The notes under the pieces: generated by a model
What the model saw: the letters and a program-made list of their open reading frames with translations, nothing else
Told to the model about the DNA's origin: nothing
Databases searched by the model: none
Position numbers and translations under genes: made by a program
NCBI GenBank assembly: GCA_051942205.1
Contig: JAVECO010000034.1
Location: 1-64,000, forward strand
DNA from: Coniocarpon cinnabarinum
Taxonomy: Eukaryota
DNA: 64,000 nucleotides
Direction of reading: 5' to 3'
Shown: piece after piece, positions 22,801 to 34,798 of the stretch
Position numbering within the stretch: position 1 is the first letter of the stretch
How the letters are laid out: every line of letters starts with the position of its first letter

Positions 22801-24491
22801 ACCAGTGTGGTCAATGGTTCGGTTATTATTGGTTCGGTTATGGTTAACCGTTAGGATATCGGTTTGGTTCTTATTCTTATCGGTTTGGTTATAGCGCTAC
22901 CGAACCGAAACCAAACCATAACCTAACCATTGACCACTCTATAGAGCGGTCAATAGTCTGGTTGTTAGTGGTTTAGTTACGGTTAACCATTAAGATATCG
23001 GTTTGGTTATTGCTTTTATCGGTTTGGTTATGGCGCTACCGAACCGAAACCGAACCGAAACCGAACCATAACCTAACCATTGACCACACTGCCTTGTACT
23101 GGTGGTGATGTTGGCTTTTGGCTTTCCTTCGAGCGAATTCTTGGGCAGTGTCCCAGACATCAATCTCAACTATGTTCTAGACAAAGCTCTATGCTTAAGT
23201 TTGAATTATGGTACTGCATACTAAGGTGTACTGTCACAGATATCCAACTTTTTACGGATTTTCTGTCGAAGAGGTGGTGTCGCGAAGCCAATCGAAAGCT
23301 GCTTTACGATTTTTCCGAGCGTACTTCTACCCCAAACGGAGGCCAATTCCGAATATTTCTGATCAGGCCGACGAAGCGTTTTTGCAAAGCCTTAGAAAGA
23401 AGGAATGGCAGCGTATGCTAAAATCTCTCTTCAAGTCTCTACCATCGGCATCTCATCAACATGAATTGAGGGAATGTTTCGTAGCAGCCATTCATAACTA
23501 TGATATGTTTGGAGAAATACTAGTGGCATTCCTTGACTGCAGTCCTTTTCATGAAGTCGAAGAGTTCGTCACATCACTTCTCGATTTACAAGCTCAGGCA
23601 TCCTTTGATCTGCCTGGACTATTGCTTGCAGCTGCGCTTCGATGCGACCATCGGGGCGTGGCAGCAGCCATCTTAGCATCGCGGCCGCGGCTATTTGAAC
23701 GGGAATCGTCGCGTTACGCGCTGCCAGGGCTCTGGCAACCCATTGTTGCATCTTGTGCTCGAAACATTGGTCAAGCGCTAGCGAATGTCTGCCCATTCGG
23801 CGACTTCAGCTACTCTGAACAGGCGACAGAATACTCATCGATATTCTACGCAATTGAGTGGAGTATTAACTCTTTCGCCCGCACATCCTTGCCGGTACCT
23901 GCGCATCATGCGAAAGTTTATGGTTTTCTCGAACAACATGCGACATTTTTGAGAGACTTGCGCCTAGATATGACACGAAGACCGCTCGAATTTGCGTCCT
24001 GGATCATTTCAGACTTCAAGCCCGACTTATTGAAGAGGGACCCACGCGCGTTGGACGGTCATCTCTTGAAAACGTGCGCAAGTGTACTTCCGCCTCTATC
24101 CCCTGTGAATAAGGACATGCGGCCTTTCATTAGGCTACGTGGTTCCCTTCAAACTCTGCTTGATGAGATCCTGGACCTGCATCTGGAGTTCTCCGACAAT
24201 TTCATACCCAGACATACTTTCGAGCGCTTTGGGGAGATGTGTGATGAGGATTGTTTCTCGTACCTGCACAGTCTCACCCCTCTCGAGAGGTTATACAGGG
24301 CAAGTATTTTAAGGGTTCTTCTTGAGTTCAAAGCAGATCCTGAACAAGCTATTGAAGGAGTGATGAAATTGCATCCTCGCTCGACTGGGGCCCTGAGTCC
24401 GGGCGATGTTCTTACTTTAAAAAGAATCAACAATGATTGGGGACCACAAAAGGTTATCAACGTGATTGGTCATCCCCAAGTTGATGACTAG
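19887..24491 (+). CDS. NACHT-domain NTPase (fungal NLR-like STAND protein), multi-exon
   Basis: N-terminal helical domain (..LQPFVETLKDYGLALD...CPIWGS-VRILIQ), GTGNWIF, Walker A GIPGAGKT, CYHYCDF, Walker B YLVIDGLE, MFLWA, and winged-helix segment WLLCARRLLTVDELREAV...FAHYTVQQYL. Predicted introns 20200-20253, 20271-20381, 21554-21621 and 22777-23239; the last joins in frame to ORF 23208-24491. Confidence 0.8.
22803..23091. mobile_element. Non-autonomous hAT-type MITE (289 bp), a head-to-tail dimer of ~140-150 bp units
   Basis: Perfect 17-bp TIR CAGTGTGGTCAATGGTT / AACCATTGACCACACTG, extending to 24 bp with one mismatch. Exact 8-bp target duplication CCTTGTAC at 22795-22802 and 23092-23099. 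Many CGGTT/AACCG subterminal motifs. No transposase. Confidence 0.93.
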
Positions 24492-26056
24492 GTGTGATAA
24501 CTCTGGCAGTGTTCGAGTCTCCCGCCTTAGACTTGCTACGCAGAGCTGCCAGCATTTTGCGTGGCTTATTTACATTGTTCGGTTGGAAGGCGGTCTTGGG
24601 ACTGGGGTCTGATACTACATTGCTCGAGTTTATTTTGTGTGTTTATAACAGCGTCATGACATACGCCTGCAGCAACAGATACAGGGTCGCATCAATGATA
24701 TCAACAGCTTTTTTCCCGATACCTCAATTAGTCCCCATGGCAAACTTGAAACCGTCTCACAATTGCGCATCGGACATCAGACATCACGTTTATCAACAAC
24801 CTATGTTCTTTGCAGTCTGCCCTACCTCCAACTGAAGTAACTCACAAACCAACACTGAGTCGTGATTTTTCTGGACGGCTTTACCGCAAATTTTTTGACG
24901 ATTTCTCGCGAGCTACTCCGAGCGGAGCACGCGCATGCACTTGCTATTTAGTCCCTGCTGCTTTTAAGATGCTACTAAATCACATTCACCACTGTGATAC
25001 CCGTCGCGCAAATTGAAAACTTGTGTCCCGACGAATGAACGAGCGACAAGACGGTCAAGGGTCTGAGCAATGGCGGCATTACGGTTTGCGACGTCTCATC
25101 TCCTACGGCACTAGCGACTCCAAGGCGTCTCGAGTTGTGGTTGAATTCTCGTGTAACTTCATGGCAACGGACGCCTCAGACATTTTTGCAAAACAATTGA
25201 TGAGAGCGGGTATTTACTGATCTTCGTGATGCATTACTGTTCTCTGTAGTAATGACCACTCAATGCAGTTGCGAAAGCGATGGGAAAGATGCAATTTGCT
25301 GAATGTATTTCATCAGTGGACCCGAGTCGCGAAGTCAGGACGTAGTGAAGCAGTTAGGTAGTGATTAGTTCACTTAGGCTGCTGCTATAGTCAATTATGG
25401 TACGCTTGTGCTTCATTTCTGGCACTGATAGAAGTCTTACTAGTAGTCGCGGTCATGGTTGTTACCGCTCGCTGGGGAAAAAAAGTAGTGAAGATGCGTG
25501 TATAAGTCCCAGATGTATCGGAAAATGGCTGTTTTCCGACAGTACAGGCGTGCGCATAATAACATGATGTCGCCTTTTTCGCTGTCTTTGGTACAAGCAG
25601 CAGCGATATCAGTGGCGTGATGCCAGTAGTATATATGTAGATCAGATTATTACGCGATGCATTACAGGTTACGCTACTTTTGCTACTACTGACTATTGAT
25701 AACCGGTAGGCACTTTTTCTGGTGACCTTCAGTCAGCTTTGAGTCATAGTATAATCGTAACGGTACTAGCAAGAGCATAAATTTCAAAGACCTGGGCGAA
25801 ATCATTACGACAACGCGTTCATGTAAGAGCTTCACGCATGTATAAAGAAAGCCCGGCAAAAAGCAATGTGAAACTTGTGATTCATATGAGTAGTTTGAGG
25901 CTCCCCCCTTCCACCTCGAAATCATTGTTGCTGATGTGGAACGTTTTAGTCGTGGTCGCGATCATGGTCACAAAGTCGTCTGTGGGTTCATCGAGGTCGC
26001 ATGCTCCACGCGCATCTCCTATGAACGCGGCTTCGATATTCAGCCGTTCGTGAGTT

Positions 26057-29000
26057 TCATTCATCCTCATCATCGATCCAAGACCACATCTTTGACTTGA
26101 ACCTGTTCGGATCCAAGCCGGCATCATCATGCCACTGCACTATCACGCCTTTTTCTGAACAGTATTTGACTAGTCGACCGACCGCTTCGGACCTGAAATC
26201 AGGCATGAATCTCAGCTTCGTGACGTTTCCAATAATATAAAGCGCGTCACTGCCACGGGAACAACCAACGAGCGTCTGGCATGTCTCATGTAAGAAAAAG
26301 ACCCTCTGTTCGACCGTCAGATCAAGCACGCAGATTCGAATTTCTTGACCTTGTACACCCTTCAGGGTGAATGTTCTCACCTTGGAGAACTCGTCGTTAC
26401 CTTCGGCAAGCAGTTGAAGGCCTGGCCATAGTCAGCAGCTATCACTTCAAGACGGAAAGCCAAGCGAGTCTTACCTTGACGGTGGATTGTGGTTTGTGCA
26501 CGGTATGGAGCCAACGTCATGATATCGGCCGCATCAAAGGAGCGTTGCAACTTCTGTACCAGTTTGAGAACAACGTCAGCAGTACCCCTGTTCCATCTTG
26601 ACCCACTTTCGAGCTTTTCGCAGCTGGAGTCGGGAGCGTTCACGAAAACCACATTAGAGTCGAGGCTGAATTGGTTCTGATTGAATGACCTCACTTCCTT
26701 AGCGGCTGGCTCTTCACGTCGATCCTTGTCGCTCCGAATTTTGCCATCATAGTACACCTCCGAAACAAGAGAAGCTATGTCAGGGGTGCAACGCTTCTGC
26801 TCATAGAAGTGAATCGCGACGTGCCCGCAATCATGGAAACGTTCGTGGACAGACTTGATCCACTGCCAGTAAAATGGATTCTTTCTGACGTCGTACTTGG
26901 TAAAAACACCGTGTTGCTTCAGGTCCCCAGCGAAAAGGATCTTTTGAACTTGTCTATAGCTTGCCATGAGCCCACCAAACTCGATGTCGTTGACTTGGCT
27001 GGCTTCGTCGATGACCATAATATCTGCATCAAAATTTGCATGGTAATGGGGATCTAAGGCTTGGGTGGTCGTGCAGATAAGTACGTCTGCCTTGTCCAGT
27101 ACGTCTGCAAGCAGTATTTGCAGGTCCCGGTTGAAGAACGACATCTCTTCTTCCAACATCTTTTCACCCAGGTGAAAATCCACGAGCTGAGCGCGCAAGC
27201 CGGGGTACTTTTTGTCTGGCTGCTTGAGAGGGTCGTTCACATCAACCAGCCCAAGGAAGCGGCCCATCATCCACCCGACAGAGAGTTCTTTTTCGACAAC
27301 AGTGCTGTTCGAAATAAAGGGGTGCTTGTTCTTTGTAGAAGTGATATGCTGTCGCTTAATGTATAGTTCTACGGAGGATAAAAGCCCATCGTCAACCTGT
27401 GTATCTTTTTTCTTCTTTCTTGATTCTGAATTTTCTTTGTGCGAGGCAGTCTTTGAGGGTTGCTGGAGAACTTCAACTTCCGCAGTCGGTTTGTACCCGC
27501 GCAAGATGACGAGTTGACGTTCGATACCTAAGCGTTGTTTGGCGTCATGCAAGACTTCGTGAAGTTTTCGCACTGTTACGTCACCTGTTGAGTTCATAGC
27601 TGCCGGGATCAAGATTTTGCTTGTTCTCCCTTCGACAGACTTAAGGCATAGGTGTGCAGCGATGGAAACAACGCGTGAAATGTGACTTGCCAGACCCAGC
27701 GCAGCCATCAATGATGGCTACACCTCCCCACACGTCTCTTATTTTCTGCAACGCAACACTCTGTTCAGAGGTAAGATCTCTAAATATGACCCCGATGGAG
27801 TCTTCAGGCGTGCTGTTCATGCCAACAAGAGGGCCCAACATGTCAACCCTGGACAGTGTGTCCAGCTCATTGCCGAGCAAAAGCTTGACCGTCATCTGCG
27901 CTGATTCAACGCTGGAAGCAATCATGTGCTGACAACGGTCAAAACCTTGACGACGAAATTCATACGTGGTATCCGACGTCTTGGCCTTAAGAGTCCCTTT
28001 AACACTGTGAGCTGTCTCAGTAGTAATTCGATGGAGGCCGGCTACGGTCTTCACGTCATGTCCTAACGTGACACTGGCGGACGGCAGTATTGGCTTGTGG
28101 GTATCTGGGTCAAACTTGCAGTCCATAAATGCCGTCACTACCTCGCGACTAGCCTTGATCAAGACTTGTTGGACCCTGCAATGAAATGACAAATCCACCC
28201 CAGATTCGACGTCCCCAGTGGACCAGAGCAGATCTTTCTCTTGAATCTTCATTGCTTCTTTTCGATCGCCTGGATTTGCTGACCTCGAGATGCTAAATAC
28301 AGCGAACAGTTGCGTCTTGTTGTTAGGTATCTTGAAAAACCTGGCGGGCACGTTTGAGACTGAGTCAGGTGTGAATCCATCAAGCTCATGCTCAATCTCG
28401 TTGGCAGCAACAGCTGCAAGGGCATACTCAGAAGGAGACGTGAAGGTTGTCGCCGCACGCCACTCAAACTCGCGGGGTCTTTCATTGCGCCGTTTCATCT
28501 TCGACTTATTGATATTGGAGACTGCAAAAGCCTCTGTAACATTGAACCAACATTTTTTAAGTCCCGATTGCATCTGGAGCTGCATCTGCTTTCTCACACC
28601 GTCAAGCTTGTTCATCGTATCCGTTTTGTCCCCGCTGAGTAACAGTGTAATGGGATGGGCTGATCTAAGCTCTTGGCGGAGCTGAGCAATGTGGCTACCG
28701 AACTCGCCGTAATCAGTACGCCCTGTGAAAAGCCGGCAGTCGTTCGTGCACAAAAGCCGCTGAATCGTGAGTTTCAGAAGCCGTTTTGAGGGAGAGAGGC
28801 TTAGGGATTTCAATGCATTTGCAAGTTCTGCAAGTTCTTGATAGTGCTCAGGGCCCACATCGTCAATGCTGAAAAGCCCATCAAGTTCGGCCGGTTCACT
28901 TGCAGCATTCCACGCAGTTATTGACCAATGCATGCGTTCACATTGATGATTTCCATGATCATCCAGGTGAGGCACATCGACTTGCAATCGTAGACCAGAT

Positions 29001-29146
29001 GCTTGGTGTGGATCTCTGATAAGTACCAGCTGAATGCTCAGGTCTTGATCGGTGTGTTCAGGTTTATTGTATGTTCCAACAAAGGTATCGGGCTTGCTTT
29101 CTTGGTGTATCAAAATTGCGCAAGGTTTTGTCAATAATTCATTCAT
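26057..29146 (-). pseudogene. UPF1/DNA2/NAM7-like superfamily-1 helicase (AAA_11/AAA_12) with an apparent frameshift just after Walker A
   Basis: Q-motif LTSEQSVAL and IIDGCAGSGKS are in one frame. KILIPAAMN, VLICTT, MVIDEASQ, FAGDLKQ, EQKRC and LAPYRAQ are in another. Intron 26474-26422 leads to TLKGVQGQE and VGCSRG..LYIIGN. No credible intron at the frame change near 27670. Confidence 0.7.
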
Positions 29147-30002
29147 ACTCTTAATATTTCGATGCGATCAGAAGACAGACGATCTGTTGATCTTCCCCGA
29201 AGTCAGAGAGACTTCAAATGGAAAGAAATGCTCTGGGGTCAGATGAAGATATCTGAGAATTGTTTTAGAGGAGCGTCGTGCTCCACAAACTTATCACATT
29301 TTCACCTACAGCTCGTAGCCCGCAGCATCCAGCCTAGCTCTCAACCTGCATGATTGAGGGGCTGCTTGATGTTTTCTAGCATCACCACCTGGCACCTCGA
29401 CAGGTATGTAGTCGATCTGTGTGTTGACGGATGTCAGCGCACATGTCAAGACATTGCTAGCTGCCAGCAGCAGCAGAGAGTTCAGCGCCCAAACCCTTTG
29501 GCCAGTGAGCACGCGTTCACATGAAATGCTTTCTGATCACTCTTATTTCGGGAAAAATGAGCAGATGGCTCGAAGACTTCCCTACGTTTCATCATCTTGT
29601 CTGGCAGGATTGATGATGTGTTGCAGCTTCGCTCCAACCGTTCCAGACGCTGTGACACGAGGTCACCTCGATGCTCGGTGTGATACATATCTATAAAGCC
29701 ATCGCAAGCATAGCTCCAGCATCAGAGCGTCGACTTGAGCGACAAACTATATGCAAGGTCACGTTCACGGGCAACAGCGAGCCGCATATTGTCAGACACA
29801 GATTTCCCCTGACACAATACCATGAATGCTTTCTTGAACCATCCCAGTCCCGAATCGCGAGACTCTAAGGCGTTGCTCTCCCATGGCACACCAATGACCC
29901 TTCAACTAGGCCCTCAGATCCAGTGAAGTACGAGACAGACCGTGATAATCATCGAAATGGACAAATGAAATGGTATGCCAGCCTTACTAGTCAGGCGCAA
30001 AG

Positions 30003-30033
30003 CGCGAAACTGTCACGGACGCGTCAGACGCGT
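30003..30033. promoter_or_regulatory. Cluster of SCB-like (CGCGAAA) and two MCB (ACGCGT) elements
   Basis: CGCGAAA at 30003-30009, ACGCGT at 30019-30024 and 30028-30033, and another ACGCGT at 29511-29516, all upstream of the helicase gene. Confidence 0.4.
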
Positions 30034-30582
30034 TCTGTCTCATTCCGCTCCAACGTTTTCAGTTTAGCAGAATAAGCGAGGCGCCCAAGAGATGGACACA
30101 ACACTGAAGAGCTATGGCGCCTGCTTTTGGAAGCAACTTTCCGATACATCATGGCTTGGCTTGACTATTTAGCAGATCTCCAACTGCTTACAGATGGAAG
30201 TCACCGGAGCTGCGGGAGAGCTCGCTGTCATTTCCCTCATCTGCATCAATAGAACGTAGAAAGGGGTGCTGGACAGGACTTTTTAATGTAGACGATGCTC
30301 TAAAGTAGCTAAGGGTGAAGGTGTCTCATTTCCATTTTTCAGCATCAAACTCTGCTAGAACCGGCACGTTCCAACATCTGCCCACCTAGAGTCAAGAGTG
30401 AACATTCTATTGTACAAAGGGACATGAAGAATACGCCATCTTATCATTATGTCTATACCAAGTTTCTAATCTGTGTAAGAATATCTTCAAATCCTGATGA
30501 AGCGCATGCTCGTTGCAAGTTCGATGTCAAACTTCTATTGTTTCTCAGCGAAATCTGCAATGTTTGGTCGGGTCGCTCGTGT

Positions 30583-31718
30583 CTATCGATTTGCCTTCAA
30601 GCCAGGACTCAGTCCCTGGTTCTCCTCTTGCAATTCCGTCCACTCCGGCTCATTCATAGTCTGGATCTGCTTGCCTCGACCCTTCCAAACTCCAAAGTTC
30701 GCCTCTTGCCACCTTCCCTTGAAGATCACCCCAGGATGGAAGACAGTCAGAAGACCAACCGCGAGGAACACCATTGGGCCCTCAAAAACCATGAACAGAG
30801 GCTCGGAGTTGGCAATACTGCCGCTGAAGCCCTCTTTCAACTCGGCCACACGGAAGACGCAACGAATGAAAATGAGGAGCGTGGCGAGGCAGAGAGCGGC
30901 TTCGAAGTAGTGGAAGCGGCGGGTCCCAGTGAGATTGGCGAACTGGCCGTTGCGAGATGTGAAATTGCGGCGGACGTTCCAGAAGAAGTAGCCAGCAAGG
31001 AGCATGAAGAGGGCTAAGGATGCGACTTGAAATGAAAGACCACCGATCCTATGTTGTACGTTAGCACGCGCTTTTGATAAGGAGTGCATTGCATCCAAGG
31101 TACTTGTGGATGTTCATGTGACAGAACTAGGCACTCACATCGTGTTGACACCCGTGTCTTGTGTCGAAGAGCCCGGGTCCGCAATGGACGTAATCGCTCC
31201 ACCTGCTGCTTGCAGTAACAAGCTGATGAAGTCACAGCCCACAAACACGACTGCGTACGTCCCCGCAGGTAACAGACTGAACCGGTCCCCATACACCTTG
31301 ATGACACGCCCCAGCGCCAAGTATATACCAGCCGTCAGGAAGGCAGGTGCAATCGTCAGAGGGATGAGATACACCAGGAATGGGTTTTGCTTGAAGATCG
31401 AGTAGTGCATCCAGATGCGGCCGCCGTAGCCCACGACCTCGCCAAACACACCAATGCCCATGCCGGTGAGGAAGCCCCAGGTTTTGTAGCGGATACCGAA
31501 AATGAGCTGAAACAAGAGGATGAGGGCGAAGATGAGCAGATAGACGCCATTGCCAGCGACGGAAGGCACTGAGCGTTGTGAGTTGGGTGCTTCTGTGATT
31601 GACCTTTGCTAACGCAGGTATACTCACGGTAGTTAACACTACCTCGGTCAAGGCAGCACGTGTCGAGAGTGCATTGCTCAGTCGGGATGTTGGCGTTGCA
31701 GGTGCTGTTTCCCGGCAT
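30583..31718 (-). CDS. RTA1-like (Rsb1 / lipid-translocating exporter family) 7-TM protein, 3 exons
   Basis: Introns 31627-31569 and 31138-31049. Motifs EVVGYGGRI, LTIAPAFLTAGIYLALGR, CDFISLLLQAAGGAI, GGLSFQV, IRCVFRVAEL.EGFSG and HPG. Confidence 0.93.
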
Positions 31719-33305
31719 AATGCTTGCAACTTGGTTTGGGTTGGAATGGAAAAGAGAAAGAACACGAGGTGCGGGCTTAGGCAATAATGCTATGCGTTAA
31801 TGACGCCCCATTCGACTGTTCAAACCTTTCAAACGAGTGACAAGTACTTCTTGAGTGATTGAAGAAAGTAAAACAATAGGAGGAGAGAAAGGGTTGTGTG
31901 CACGATGAAAACAATGTTTTGTACCACACGTCGAGTCAACATCAAATAACATTAGCTGGCCTGATTGAGGCTGTGGGGAGGATCAAAAGCACGACGCTTT
32001 TATCAATACAGCAATCACGGTGCTTTACTAGAAACATACACAACGCTTACTTGAACCCTTGTCCACTCCGTTGACGGCTAGCTCTCTCGCCAGAGGCACG
32101 GACCTAAGCCAGTCAGATGGGAATACAGGAAGGGCCGGGATGGTCGGCGACCCGGGCTCCGTAGTTATGGCGCAACGACCACATATTGATGTTCTCGGAA
32201 ACGATCCTGGGATTGGCCGGCAGAGTGCGTACACAGCCCCATTGTTGTGACGTGGGTGTTTGGCAAAGCTGCTCAGGCCAGTCAGTGTAGCCGCAGTCCA
32301 AGGCATACGCTGCGGTTGTCAGGGGCAGCACCTTCAGGAGGCACGACCGCTCCGACCGGCAAAGCTGCGATTGGCTCAGGGGCCGGTTTGGCCGGTTTGC
32401 TTTGCGGGCTGAAGGCGAAGCGCTGACTTCCGCATTCCGACCCGCTGTTGAGGCCTCCAGGCTCCCGCCCATGACACTTGAACAGGCTGGCAGTTTTGAC
32501 TTTTAGGCGACAACTTTGTGTACCTAAAATAGGATGACACAGGGTGGTCCGTTCATGCCTTCATCTCCGTGGGAGATGCCCACTGTTTGAAGCTGCTGGA
32601 AACATGTCGGCAGTCGAATGGCGTAGCACATGATTCGCAAACACCTTGCAGGCACAGCATAGCTGCTTGCAACTTGCCGCGCGTTCATCGATATCAGTAC
32701 GACATATGATCTTCGAAACGGTGTGCAATTTAGATCCACCCGCAGCCTACGGTTAGAACTCCTTTTTGCAAACAAACCCTGTCCATCTTTTGCCTGCCTC
32801 AGTACGTCTATCTTCTTCTCGTTCTCGTGGAGACACGTCATCATAAGCCCAACGGACTGTATTGCTGGATTTCATGGAGATTGCGAAGTCTGACATCGAT
32901 GAGAACGGGGATGTCGGTGATATGAAGAGCTGCGGAGATAGGAAGATGAGATTGCCAAATCACGTGATGATCGCCCTGCTTCGACGAAGGAGATAAGCTC
33001 GAGTATTTGCACAACATATGGAATTGCTGGACACCACCGACGGCGCGGAACATGGCAGTCGATTTCCTCCATTCTCATTTCCCTAACACCACGTGTCTAA
33101 GACCTTTTCTCCCTACGTCCATGAAGATCTCGGCGTTGGCGAGCTACACAATGAAGATTATAAGAAGCAGTGGTGGCTCACTGCGATGCAAACACTCTCA
33201 TCAGTCTTCTGAAGAAATCCAAACATTACAGGCCACTATAGCCTGATCTGTTCGAAGATAGAAAGCCCAGGTACAACCTCAAACCAGAAAATCAACTCGG
33301 TCAGC

Positions 33306-34189
33306 ATGCTCGCCAAACTTACTACAATCCTCATTGTTGGGTAAGTCCTTGCTGTGAGGAACATGGTCACCGAATTAGTTGACTTGGGCTTAGAGGGACA
33401 TCAGGCTTGGGGGAGGCTTTCGCCCGCGAGTTCCACAAGCTCGGAAAGAAGGTGATCATTACTGGTCGCCGTGCGGAGCGCTTGACTACACTTCAGAAGG
33501 AGCTCCCAGGTCTTGCGACATACCAATGGGATGTGAGCGACATAGCTTCCATCTCAAAGCACGTCCGAGCAATCAACGATGCCCATTCAAACATCGATGG
33601 GGTTTTCCTCAATAGCGGCTTGATGCAACACTTCTTGTGGGCCGACCCCAACACGAGCACTGACGAGAGTGTCGCATATGAAGTTACCACCAATTTGACG
33701 GCGCCAATGGTCATGATGCGTTCATTCGTACCTGACCTCATCAACAAGGCTCAGCAAGGCAAGCCGGTTGCTCTCTTAGCCACAACGTCTGGCCTGGCTT
33801 ACATTGCCCGCGCGCTGTACCCTGTCTATCCTGGCACCAAGGCTGCGATCCACCTCAACCTTACGGCACTGCGTCAACAACTTCAACTGCTTGGCGGTGA
33901 AGTCTTCAAGAACTTCAACGTCTGCGAGGTGGCACCACCCTACGTTGATACTGACCTTGACGCCAATTTCCGTGAGAGAACCATTGCTCTTCAAGGTGGT
34001 CCCGAAAAAGCCGCGAAGCCGATGTCACTTAAGCAGTATATCGACACGACCGTAGAGCAGCTGCAGGAAGTGGGTCCAGACGGTAAGATGCGCAAGGAGA
34101 CTTGCACTGGCTTCTCAGAATTGGGCAACAGGGCTTGGAGAGATGCTTTTGATCCAATTTTTGAGAACATGGGCATTGCATTTGCTTAA
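33306..34189 (+). CDS. Short-chain dehydrogenase/reductase (DltE-like), 2 exons
   Basis: Intron 33341-33393 gives ILIVGGTSGLG. Also VIITGRR, FLNSG, TTSGLA, catalytic YPGTK and EVAPPYVDTDL. Confidence 0.92.
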
Positions 34190-34561
34190 ATGAAAGCATC
34201 TCGCTTGATAGCGTGAACAGAATGTGGAATCACAGAGCACTTTGCAAAGTACCGCGCGATCCTTCAAAACCAAAGATGCTCATGTAGATTGATAGGTGCT
34301 TGAATACTGAAGCGTACATGAGATCGACCGGAACATTTTCTACTCAGAGCCATTGATGTTAAGGGTCCGTGGAGAGGGTGAGAAAAATGTGCATGCAGCC
34401 AGGGTCATCAGAGCTCTTTGCCCACTTCGTTGGACAGCTATTGTTGCTTTCAGCCATCAAGATGCACCCAGGCATTTGTCAAACCCTTCACCTCCCTCGT
34501 GCCCTGCCTCTGCGGCTAATGGCTGCGCTTGTTGACTCGTATTCGTGCTCGCGTGCGTCGC

Positions 34562-34798
34562 TCACGGCTTGTACTCTCTTGGTTTCAGGCCGGTGGCCTC
34601 CTCAATCTGTTCTCTCAAGGTTCTTGAATTTTTACATTCCGCACATTCAGAGTCCTGAACACCAGCGCGGTACTTCTTGGACCAGCGGTCGTTGCATTTG
34701 CTTTCATTGAAACACGCCTGTTGGCCATCGTGTTTTTCCCATTCATTGTTGCACTTGCACTTGTAGCGCTGGAAGTAATGATGATCGTGAGTCGGCAT
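34562..34798 (-). CDS. Small Cys/His-rich protein (78 aa), paralogue A
   Basis: Six Cys in a pattern shared with the 35657-36052 ORF. TATA-like AATATATGAATG lies ~145 bp upstream. Confidence 0.65.
   Translation of the reverse strand: MPTHDHHYFQRYKCKCNNEWEKHDGQQACFNESKCNDRWSKKYRAGVQDSECAECKNSRTLREQIEEATGLKPREYKP

Noticed and set aside
22803..23091. Regular short repeats suggestive of a CRISPR or telomere-like array
   Set aside because: There are no unique spacers, the context is eukaryotic, and TIR/TSD-bounded MITE structure explains it fully.
27631..27690. GC-AG intron (GCAAGT...GAAG) that would repair the helicase frameshift
   Set aside because: There is no branch-site consensus, and it would replace the Walker A Lys and delete the helix between motifs I and Ia.
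32028..33246. Several short ORFs and a GC/CGG-rich stretch between RTA1 and the SDR
   Set aside because: No recognisable motifs or splice-supported model; most simply a divergent promoter region.
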